32,000 bases of DNA from NCBI GenBank assembly GCA_963704755.1, contig OY969938.1, positions 2,010,001-2,042,000 of the forward strand. The letters are read 5' to 3'. The notes under the pieces are model-generated. The model did not search any database, was not told where the DNA came from, and saw only the letters and a program-made list of their open reading frames with translations. The position numbers were made by a program, and so were the translations under genes. This document shows, in pieces, positions 18,059-26,011 of this stretch; the stretch's first letter is position 1; every line of letters starts with the position of its first letter. The DNA is from an uncultured Chloroflexia bacterium. Its GTDB lineage: Bacteria > Chloroflexota > Anaerolineae > Anaerolineales > Anaerolineaceae.

Positions 18059-19822
18059 TTGTAATCTATCTCCAATTGTCCGATCTGCTCGTCGATCTCT
18101 TTTTCGATCGCATCCAGCTTTTCCAACTCTTCGTTCTTGACCAATCCCTTCATACGGATGATGTCATTCACTACCGGAAGGTTGTGGATGACCGAGATGG
18201 TCGCGCCGGATTTGATGATCTTGGTAGCCCGTTTGTAGAAATAAAGGATCAGGCCGAGCATACGCACCTGTTTGTGAATGGTGGAATACTCATCCACACT
18301 GTCCAGGGCGCTTTGCTGCAAGAAACCCTCCCGCAGCAGGCGGGCAATTTCCAGTATCAGGCGCTGCTCGTCCGGCAAAGCGTCTGGGCCGACCAGCTTG
18401 ACGATCTGCGAAAGCCGGTTCTCCTCACTGAGGATCTCCATGGCCTGGTTGCGCATCTTGAACCAATCCTGGCCGCTGTTTTCCTTCCACCAGTCCCCTA
18501 CATCCTCCAGGTACTCGCTGTAGCTATCCAGCCAGTTGACCGAGGGGAAGTGACGGGCCGAAGCCAGGGATTTATCCAGCGCCCAGAAGCAGCGGATAAA
18601 GCGTTTGGTATGCTGGGTAACCGGCTCGGAAAAATCGCCGCCCGGAGGGGATACGGCCCCAATGATGCTGACCGAACCTTTATGCCCACTCAGTGTTTCA
18701 ACGTACCCGGCCCGTTCGTAGAACTCGGCCAGGCGAGCTGCCAGGTAAGCCGGGTAACCTTCCTCAGCCGGCATCTCTTCCAACCGGCCGGAAACTTCAC
18801 GGAGCGCCTCGGCCCAACGCGAGGTCGAAATCGGCCATCAGGGCCACGTGATAGCCCATATCGCGGTAGTATTCGGCGATGGTAATACCGGTGTAGATGC
18901 TGGCCTCGCGGGCCGCCACCGGCATGTTGGACGTATTGGCAATCAGTACGGTGCGCTCCATCAGCGGGTGACCGTTGCGTGGGTCCACCAGGTGAGGGAA
19001 CTCTTGCAGCACTTCGGTCATCTCGTTGCCGCGCTCACCGCAGCCGATGTAAACCACCACCTGCGCATCCGACCATTTGGCAATACTGTGCTGGGTAACC
19101 GTCTTACCGGCCCCAAACCCACCCGGAATGGCCGCTGCGCCGCCTTTGGACAACGGGAAGAACGTATCCAATACACGCTGCCCGGTGATCAATGGCTCCG
19201 AAGGCGAAAGGCGAGCCTTGGACGGCCGCACCCGTCGGATTGGCCAGCGCTGCAGCATGGTGACTTCGTGTTCGCCACTGGCATTTTTCACCCGGGCGAT
19301 GGGCTCTTCGATGGTGTACTGTTTCTCCGGGGCAATCCAGGTGATTGTTCCGTGCATATCCGGCGATAACATAACCCGGTGCAGCAGAGACGGGGTTTCA
19401 GGGACAGTTCCCAGAATCGCGCCGCCGTGGACTTCATCGCCAACCTGCACCTGCGGGGTAAAGTTCCAATGTTCCTTGCGATATAACGGGGTAAGGTGTA
19501 CCCCACGGCCAATAAAAGAGCCACTGCGCATCTCGATGACCGGCAGAGGCCGCTGGATACCATCAAAAATACTGCGCAGCAGCCCCGGGCCCAGCTCTAC
19601 CGAGAGCGGCATGCCCGTACCATAAATCGGGGCACCCGGGCGCATACCCGATGTCTCTTCATATACCTGGATGGTAATATTGTCGTCTTCCAGCCCGATT
19701 ACTTCGCCAACCAGATGATCCTCACCGACCTCGACCAGCTCGAGCATGCTGACATCGCGGGATCCCTTGGCACGAATAACCGGTCCGTTGATCCAGGTTA
19801 CAGTTCCAATTGCTTCACTCAT
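18055..19822 (-). pseudogene. atpA: V/A-type ATPase catalytic subunit A, split by a +1 nt frameshift in a TTT run (or sequencing error)
   Basis: Track ORFs 18797..19822 and 18055..18783. The span of 1768 nt is 3n+1. As written, the minus strand reads GCC GAT TTC GAC CTC GCG ..., giving ALMADFDLALGRGAP*. Deleting one T of the run at 18828..18830 gives [34 protein letters not shown], the canonical A-subunit sequence. Walker A is PGGFGAGKT. Confidence 0.9.
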
Positions 19823-20439
19823 ACTTGCTCTCCCATCAAAAGATGGTATACCGGCGCCCGTAAGATGGTCTGCAAACGGTTCAGGCGGTTTTCCAGGGTA
19901 TTGTCGAATTGCAAGCGCCCCTGGTTGGTCTCGATCAAAACGCCGGTGCCTTCTGATAAAGGATCACCAACTTTCAACTTGACCTTGTATTCCTTGGCCA
20001 AATTATGAACGATTTCCTCGCTAAGGAACTTCAAGGTCTCGTCGTCCGCCCGGATGGTCGCCTGGGGCACTGCCAGTTGTGTTAACGCGTCCTTGATCAA
20101 CTTGAGCACAATCTGATCGTAGTTGTTCCATTGCTGAAGTGTGGAAAGCTGGTTGCGCGCGGTTTCAAAGACCTTTTCCAACAATTTCTCGCGCTGGTCC
20201 AACATAGCCGTGCGCACCGATAATTGTGCAGAGGAAATTTCCTGGCTGCGTAACCGCTCGGCCTCTTGTTTGGCCCGGGCAAGGATCTCTTCCCGCACGG
20301 CTTTGGCTTCGGCTTCAGCTCGTTTACGCACCGCCTCTGCTTTTTCCCGGGCATCAGCCAGGATCTGATCCGCCTCGGACTGAGCCTCGCTGAGCAGTGC
20401 ATGAGAAAGCAATTCGATGTTTTCTTCTTCCGAACTCAT
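19819..20439 (-). CDS. atpE: V/A-type ATPase subunit E
   Basis: 206-aa ORF. The long charged N-terminal helix (AEAVRKRAEAEAKAVREEILARAKQEAERLR) and globular C-terminus are typical of subunit E. Its stop overlaps the atpA ATG (ATGA). Confidence 0.8.
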   Translation of the reverse strand: MSSEEENIELLSHALLSEAQSEADQILADAREKAEAVRKRAEAEAKAVREEILARAKQEAERLRSQEISSAQLSVRTAMLDQREKLLEKVFETARNQLSTLQQWNNYDQIVLKLIKDALTQLAVPQATIRADDETLKFLSEEIVHNLAKEYKVKLKVGDPLSEGTGVLIETNQGRLQFDNTLENRLNRLQTILRAPVYHLLMGEQV

Positions 20440-20490
20440 AATTCCTACCTAATCCATCCCCATAACACCAGCTTGCTGGTTATGGCCGGT

Positions 20491-20797
20491 CTATAGTTTG
20501 ACACCAATGGCCCTGAAAACCACCTCCGAGAGCGAAGGCCGCTCCGGTCGGAGCCCTTCTGGTGCCGGGATCTCCACGACCAGCGGTACGGTGCTGTGCA
20601 GCATAAGCTGGTCCATCCTTGCCCGAACCAGCTCGGCCGCATCTTCAGTGACCAGGATAATCCCCAGGTCTTTTTAACGTCAAAGACTCATCCAGGGCCT
20701 GATTCACTGTTTCTGCGGTATCTGCCGGTTTGCCATTGACCCCGACCAGAGAGAACCCGCGTACCGCCTCAGGGTTCCCAATAACCATCATTTTCAT
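20491..20797 (-). pseudogene. atpF: V/A-type ATPase subunit F, split by a +1 nt frameshift in an A5 run (or sequencing error)
   Basis: Not in the ORF track as one ORF. My minus-strand translation from ATG 20797 is MKMMVIGNPEAVRGFSLVGVNGKPADTAETVNQALDESLTLKRPGDYPGH*. Removing one A from the AAAAA run (plus-strand T-run at 20671..20675) continues as ...LTLKDLGIILVTEDAAELVRARMDQLMLHSTVPLVVEIPAPEGLRPERPSLSEVVFRAIGVKL*, 101 aa with a TAG stop at 20491. The GIILVTE and PLVVEIP motifs are typical of subunit F. The span of 307 nt is 3n+1. Confidence 0.85.
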
Positions 20798-20804
20798 GGT
20801 TGTA

Positions 20805-21245
20805 TTACCGGTTCAAAACCAGGAAGGAGATGATCAACCCGTAAATAGCAATACCTTCGGCCAGACCGACGAAGATCAGCACACGGCCAAAAGTCTCGGG
20901 TTTTTCTGCAATGGCTCCCACGGCTGCTGCACCGGTGCCGCTGACGGCAATACCGGCGCCAACGGTGGCCAGGCCGGTGGAGATAGCAGCCGCCAGGCTG
21001 GCATACGGATCAGCAACGGTCGCGGTCTGTTGCAAACCGGCGGCCATAACCGTCGAGGGGGAGGCCAGCCAGAGGATGCCCACGCCCATCGCCATCAACC
21101 CAAGGATAGCGTTGAAACCATTTAATCCCAGTAACAAACCTTTGGTAGCTTTGACGGAATTGTCCTTGCGCTGGCGCAAGAAATAGATGACGGCCGGGAT
21201 GATCGGGATTAGGCTAGCGAGAAAAGCGACTACGAACTTTGTCAT
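20805..21245 (-). CDS. atpK: V/A-type ATPase proteolipid subunit K (c-ring)
   Basis: 146-aa ORF with SD AGGAG. The C-terminal hairpin is GLATVGAGIAVSGTGAAAVGAIAEKPETFGRVLIFVGLAEGIAIYGLIISFLVL, carrying the single ion-binding Glu. Two extra, non-Gly-rich TM helices sit at the N-terminus. Confidence 0.9.
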   Translation of the reverse strand: MTKFVVAFLASLIPIIPAVIYFLRQRKDNSVKATKGLLLGLNGFNAILGLMAMGVGILWLASPSTVMAAGLQQTATVADPYASLAAAISTGLATVGAGIAVSGTGAAAVGAIAEKPETFGRVLIFVGLAEGIAIYGLIISFLVLNR

Positions 21246-21322
21246 TGAGAAACTCCTGGTAGTAATATCTTAACAATGTGTGAGATTTAAATTACTTTCC
21301 CCATTATTGGGAAGTGAATGGT

Positions 21323-23275
21323 TCAATCCTCAACAGGCTGTCCAAGGGTCAAGGGTTCGTAATGCATCCCTCCACCCGAGAAGAACTTGCTGAAAAATTC
21401 GTAATATTCGAGACGCATGGTCTGGATACCCACGATCAGGCCTTCAAAACCGACAATGAATATATTGCCGATCAGCAGAACAATCCAGTAACCAATGCTG
21501 CCAGTGCCGCCGGCCAGCCCGCCCAGGATGAAAAAGACCGAGCTTAAGCCACCGTGGGCGACCGCAAACGCACCCACACGGATGTAGGACAGGCTGTTGC
21601 TGAACATACTGAGCAATGTCTCGATCAGCTCGAAGACCGCCTGGAAGAGATAGCCTCCGAAGCCACCCTCGTACAGCGGCCGGTGGCCGCTGACCAGATG
21701 TACGAGCATTTCAGAGAACACAATGCACAAGCCGCCCAGCGCAGCGAACACGATGAACACCGGGGTCGGGATCGGGAAGTTCTTCAGCGCCAGGCTGCCG
21801 GCCAGTCCCAACAAGGACCAGTACAATACCAGGCCGCTGACCCCGTTCTTGTTGAACAGCATGTAGCCCCAATCTCTGGCCAGGAAGGCATTGTAGATGC
21901 TCAACAGGAAACTCAAGCTGAGCAGTACCAGGCCGGCTCCCACCGCCACGATCAGGATCTGCAAAATATTGTCGATCGGGTGCATCCACAAGGCCGGCAG
22001 TACATCTTCAAAACCAAAGATACTGCCATAAAGGAAGCCGAACAATGTTGCCGAAAGGCCGCAGGCCAGCACCACCCCACTCAGGCTGCCCAGGAAGCGG
22101 AAGGCCCGCTTGGTTAATGCCAGGTAACCGATCAGCGCTAAAACCAGCCCATGGCCCACATCACCAAACATGGCGCCGAAGAGCAACGGGAAGGTAATGG
22201 CCATCAAAATGGTCGGGTCGATTTCATTGTAGCGCGGGTGCGCATAAGTCGTCACCAGCATCTGGAACGGCTGCAGGAAACGGGCGTTCTTCAAGGAGAC
22301 CGGCACGTTCTGCTTGTGCCCCTGGCGCTCTACCGGGAAAGTCTCGATCAGGATCTCGCGCGAAACCTTCTTGATCCGCTGGGTGAAATCTTCCATGTCG
22401 GCTGTGGGCACCCACCCGACGATCAGGTAGGTGTAGCGCAGGCGGCCGTAATGGACGATCGCATTGGTCATCATGCGGCCGGCGCGGATATCCCAGTAAA
22501 AGGACTGGACCTGAGATTTGTATTTCTTGCTTAACTCGGCCAATTCCTTTTTGCAGGCGAGGATGGTTGTTTCGGATTGTTGGATATTGGCCAGCAAAGA
22601 CTGGATAATCTCATCCGGTTTGCCCTGGTAACCGTCCGGCAGGACCAGGCGGTTGATGTACGCGCTGCGGGCGGCCCGTTCCAGGATGTCGGCGTTGTTT
22701 TGAGCGCCGGCCAGCCAGACGACCGAACGCTGGGCGTCCTGGCGGAGGGGCAAAAAGATAAACGGGATGCGCGCCAGGCTGGTTTCCAGGCGCTCGATAT
22801 TCGCAGTGGGCACGACACCGATCATGGAGTACAGGTAGCGCGAGCCGCGCAGGGAGCTGATGTCCAGGTCAATATTGGCGACCGGCTCTAACTGGCTGAT
22901 TGCGCTGCGGAGCTGCTCGGATTTCTTGTTTTCAGCGCTCAACTGGTCGGTAACCAGCTTGACTTCCTTTTCGATTGCTTCCACAGCGGGCTCGAGCGTT
23001 TTGAGGTCGGCCAGCGGCTGAATTTCTTTAAATGGAATCGCGCTTTCCCCAATGGCCAGGGTCTGCATCAATACCTGGATGCGCCTTTCCAAAGAGGTAA
23101 ACGCGGTCGCCTGGTCAACCCAGGGATTGGCCGTATGCTGTTCGAATTCCGAGCTAAGATAGCTGCTGTCGGCCTGGTGAAAAATCCCCCGGCCGCTGAT
23201 GACCCTGGTCACCTCCAGCAAGTCCCGGGCAGGGACGATCAGCTCGATTTCAGACATTGCTTGCGGATAAATCAT
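21323..23275 (-). CDS. atpI: V/A-type ATPase subunit I (a-subunit, stator/proton channel)
   Basis: 650-aa ORF with SD GGAGAACCT. It has a ~330-aa soluble N-terminal coiled-coil domain and a multi-TM C-terminus. The conserved region is LSYIRVGAFAVAHGGLS, containing the essential Arg. Confidence 0.9.
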   Translation of the reverse strand: MIYPQAMSEIELIVPARDLLEVTRVISGRGIFHQADSSYLSSEFEQHTANPWVDQATAFTSLERRIQVLMQTLAIGESAIPFKEIQPLADLKTLEPAVEAIEKEVKLVTDQLSAENKKSEQLRSAISQLEPVANIDLDISSLRGSRYLYSMIGVVPTANIERLETSLARIPFIFLPLRQDAQRSVVWLAGAQNNADILERAARSAYINRLVLPDGYQGKPDEIIQSLLANIQQSETTILACKKELAELSKKYKSQVQSFYWDIRAGRMMTNAIVHYGRLRYTYLIVGWVPTADMEDFTQRIKKVSREILIETFPVERQGHKQNVPVSLKNARFLQPFQMLVTTYAHPRYNEIDPTILMAITFPLLFGAMFGDVGHGLVLALIGYLALTKRAFRFLGSLSGVVLACGLSATLFGFLYGSIFGFEDVLPALWMHPIDNILQILIVAVGAGLVLLSLSFLLSIYNAFLARDWGYMLFNKNGVSGLVLYWSLLGLAGSLALKNFPIPTPVFIVFAALGGLCIVFSEMLVHLVSGHRPLYEGGFGGYLFQAVFELIETLLSMFSNSLSYIRVGAFAVAHGGLSSVFFILGGLAGGTGSIGYWIVLLIGNIFIVGFEGLIVGIQTMRLEYYEFFSKFFSGGGMHYEPLTLGQPVED

Positions 23276-23338
23276 AGGTTCTCCAGTAAAACCGTCAGAT
23301 CATTTTGATAATGTACGGCTGATAGATAAGGTGATTTT

Positions 23339-24403
23339 TCAGCCCTGAGAATTTCTAATCAAGTACGGGCGATAATCCTTGGGCTCCAATCCGGCCGATT
23401 TGGCTTCGATCAACACGGTCAGGTCCTGGATTTCCCATTCATTTAAGAGCAGGTATGCCAACGGAATACCAATATGAAAAGGATCGCCGAGAAATGCGGC
23501 TTTACATTGGCGTGTAATGTGGCGTTGAATTTCGAGCTCCAGCGTCGGCAGGGTCTTGCCCGGCTCCTGCATCAGCTCGGCCGCGTTTTCGATATCCGGG
23601 TATAAGCGCGTGACAATATGGGCGATGTCGCCGCCGGCAGCAATGCTGCGAATATCCTCGTCACGAACCCGGTACCCAAAGGGCAAAGTATAGTTAATCA
23701 ACTCCTCTTCCGAAAGTTTGTGGTATACCCGGTAGCGGATTGCCCACATCAGGTTATTCATGTCGATCAGCGAACCGAGCACGCGCATGGCCTGGTTACG
23801 GTCCTGGTTGGAGAGCTGTTTGACGCTGTTCCACAGCTCGCGCCAGTAGAATAAATCCAATACCACTTCCAATGGGAACAGGGTTTGTTCCACGGTATAG
23901 CGCTTCATGGCGTGCGAAAGTGTTTCGTAATAAGGTGTACCGCGCAGCAGTTCGATGGCCGAGGCAACGCTGCCGGTCTCCACCATAGCTTCAGCCGGGA
24001 TAGCCGAGAACGACCCGATCGGGAAAAGGACGTAGCGCACCCGTTCCCACGAGGCGCCGATTACAATACCGCGTAAAACGGCCTTGAGGTTATCTACCTC
24101 GAAATGGCGGTAGAGTTGGGCCAGCAGCGGGCGGACGTGCCCGGGTGCGGTATCGATGATAGTGGTATAAGAAGCCGCCAGGCGGCCTTTCAATTGAAAA
24201 ACCACCCGCCGGGGGGTTAAATCTTTTTCTTTGACCGATTCAAGATAAGGCCCATAACCGGTGCGTTTTAAGGCACTGATCAGAGTATTGAAATCTGGGG
24301 CGTCCAACAGACTACCCCAGGCAATCGAATCGAGCAGCTCGGCATATAAAATGCGTACTCGGGCATTAATGGCCGCATAGCCTGCGACACCGCTTTGAAG
24401 CAT
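23339..24403 (-). CDS. atpC: V/A-type ATPase subunit C (eukaryotic d-like)
   Basis: 354-aa all-helical ORF. The N-terminus YAAINARVRILYAELLD and its position directly after the H/G-like gene (2-nt gap) fit subunit C. Confidence 0.8.
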   Translation of the reverse strand: MLQSGVAGYAAINARVRILYAELLDSIAWGSLLDAPDFNTLISALKRTGYGPYLESVKEKDLTPRRVVFQLKGRLAASYTTIIDTAPGHVRPLLAQLYRHFEVDNLKAVLRGIVIGASWERVRYVLFPIGSFSAIPAEAMVETGSVASAIELLRGTPYYETLSHAMKRYTVEQTLFPLEVVLDLFYWRELWNSVKQLSNQDRNQAMRVLGSLIDMNNLMWAIRYRVYHKLSEEELINYTLPFGYRVRDEDIRSIAAGGDIAHIVTRLYPDIENAAELMQEPGKTLPTLELEIQRHITRQCKAAFLGDPFHIGIPLAYLLLNEWEIQDLTVLIEAKSAGLEPKDYRPYLIRNSQG

Positions 24404-24405
24404 GA

Positions 24406-24714
24406 TTATTCCCCAACAACCCTGGCCAAGACGTATGAGACAGCCCGCGTTAAATTACCTGCAGCCAATTTTTCGGTACGCTGAAACTTTTCTTCAGCAT
24501 CACTTTTAATTTCGGCAATCTCACTCTCTGCCTGGATGCCGGCAGTGATCTTACGAGCCTCTTCGAGCGCCTCGGCTCGTGCTTTTTCAACCAATTCCTG
24601 GGCTTCTTGTTCAGCCTGTACAGGGATTTTTTCAGCTTCGCGTACCGCTGAATCATAAATCGCCTGGGCTTTTTTCTCGATTTCGAGCACCTGCTGGATC
24701 GGCTTCTCGTTCAA
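24406..24714 (-). CDS. V/A-type ATPase peripheral-stalk subunit (H/G-like coiled coil)
   Basis: 102-aa Glu/Ala/Lys-rich helical ORF (QQVLEIEKKAQAIYDSAVREAEKIPVQAEQEAQELVEKARAEALEEARK). It has a TTG start with GGAG 8 nt upstream. It is the first gene of the operon. Confidence 0.65.
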   Translation of the reverse strand: MNEKPIQQVLEIEKKAQAIYDSAVREAEKIPVQAEQEAQELVEKARAEALEEARKITAGIQAESEIAEIKSDAEEKFQRTEKLAAGNLTRAVSYVLARVVGE

Positions 24715-25452
24715 AATGGATACTCCATGCTTGATTGGTGGTAACCGCTCAGCCTACAGAGTAAGACCCCCAAATTCGGGAATTTCTTGCACAAGCCTGA
24801 GCAGTTACAATTTGTGAATAAATTATCAAGGATGCCAGGCGAAAAACACCTGGAAAGTTGGGGTTACTCTTTGAAAATTAATCTGCTGTGTAGTCGCACG
24901 CCTCAAGGAAAATACGCTAAATGGCTTTTCTATTTTAACTAAAACAAAACCACATTTCCAGGGCCAACCCTTATCGGGATCTTTTTCATTGCCAATCGAT
25001 TGGCGGTACCGGTAAAATTCCATCGACTCTCCAAAGAAAAGCCACCGATAAGAATTCTGCCTTGCCTGTCAAGCGGGGCGACATAAGCTCAAGGCCAGAC
25101 ACATATACCTGGTTGAGAGCGCATACCGATAAAGGATCGGATATAGTTGCGAAATTGGGAGGTCTCGTTGGCAGACGAAACATAAAGCGGCGCTCTGGTT
25201 GGCTTCACAGCCAGGGTACTGTTATGGTTACCAAACGGGTGTTAAACCGGTCGACCAGGAAACCTTTCCCATATCCCATTCATATTGATAAGGTAAACCG
25301 GTAATCCAGGAAAGGCCTCCATACCGACAGTAAGTCGCAATTTTACGGTAATGAAAAACCCACCAAGACGGTATAGGTATACCTTAAACGACCTGCGATG
25401 TCAAGAAAATGCCTTTTAGAGTGTTGAAAAACACCTCCGCTTAAAGAGATAT

Positions 25453-25499
25453 GGGGGATATGTGGTGGCGCGGCGAAGCCGCGCCACCACATATCCCCC
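25453..25499. repeat. perfect 22-bp stem hairpin with GAA loop
   Basis: GGGGGATATGTGGTGGCGCGGC (25453..25474), GAA, then GCCGCGCCACCACATATCCCCC (25478..25499). AGAT/ATCT can extend the stem across a small bulge. Confidence 0.9.
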
Positions 25500-25648
25500 A
25501 ATCTTTCGTCAACAAGTGACTTTTTCAACGACCTCAGCCTTTTAGAGCATGCAAATCGTTTCTTTCCGGCAAAAAGATGGGGACCATGTGTTTTTTTCGG
25601 AGCATTAACCGAGAGCCAATTTGCGGCGCAGCCTGGTTTACAAATTAT

Positions 25649-25840
25649 GCAGGGTGACGTTGCGGGCTGTTGACTCGCCTTTCTGTTGAATCACCTGGTG
25701 CTACGTTTTTCTCCGCGTGCCCCGCAACGCACCCCACATCCGGCCTCAAAGATAACCATCCTGACCAAAACGGCAGCTAAAGCTGCACCTACAACCACAC
25801 AAAGACCCACCTGCGTGGGTCTCCCTTTCGGCAGGGCCTA
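25649..25840 (+). repeat. family-b hairpin element (25649..25733) followed by a partial family-c mosaic copy (25770..25840)
   Basis: Family b: GCAGGGTGACGTTGCGGGC ... GCCCCGCAACGCACCC, with arms complementary apart from single-nt bulges. Family c: ACGGCAGCTAAAGCTGCACCTACAACCACACAAAGACCCACCTGCGTGGGTCTCCCTTTCGGCAGGGCC matches the 3' modules of the 31.5-kb copies. Confidence 0.8.
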
Positions 25841-26011
25841 ATCCTATGGCTTGGATTTAGAATAGCCAGCGCTTGTTCGGGTTGGAAACCCGAGCTACCC
25901 AATCAATGCAGTCGTTTGCCAATTTCATCTGGCGACAGTATACTTTCCCTGTCCGGCCGGTCTCCGGCCGATCCCAAACGCCCCCACGCCCGAAAGACGA
26001 GGTCCTACCCC

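Noticed and set aside
18820-18835. Programmed ribosomal frameshifting in atpA and atpF
   Set aside because: The required shifts occur at simple homopolymers, with no recognisable slippery heptamer plus downstream structure and no internal SD stimulator. No such recoding is known for V/A-ATPase genes. The same kind of indel also hits an unrelated gene (the flavin reductase T-run).
18076-18885. Long plus-strand ORFs overlapping minus-strand genes. This one overlaps atpA. Others are 21554..22117 over atpI, 26662..27402 over the baeRF gene, 29689..30231 over the J-protein gene, and 12518..13126 and 13553..14035 over the GT-C-like gene.
   Set aside because: All are antisense shadows of genes with strong homology signals. 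None has motif content or a convincing translation start.
18055-19822. Intein or other insertion as the cause of the split atpA
   Set aside because: The repaired gene encodes ~588 aa, the normal A-subunit length. The two halves abut exactly at ...LMAD/STSRW..., so there is no extra sequence.
24715-25440. Known structured RNAs (RNase P, tmRNA, SRP RNA, TPP/SAM/glycine/fluoride riboswitch cores, group II intron domain V) in the unexplained intergenic DNA
   Set aside because: I could not find the conserved core strings of any of these by eye. A covariance-model search is needed before claiming or excluding an RNA gene.
25343-25528. 61-aa minus-strand ORF, and other 60-80-aa ORFs (24826..25023, 24986..25183, 25062..25304), in the ORF-free region
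   Set aside because: The 61-aa ORF is a translation through the 22-bp palindrome, giving the mirror-like MWWRGFAAPPHIPH. The others have no SD and odd composition, and they overlap each other in different frames.
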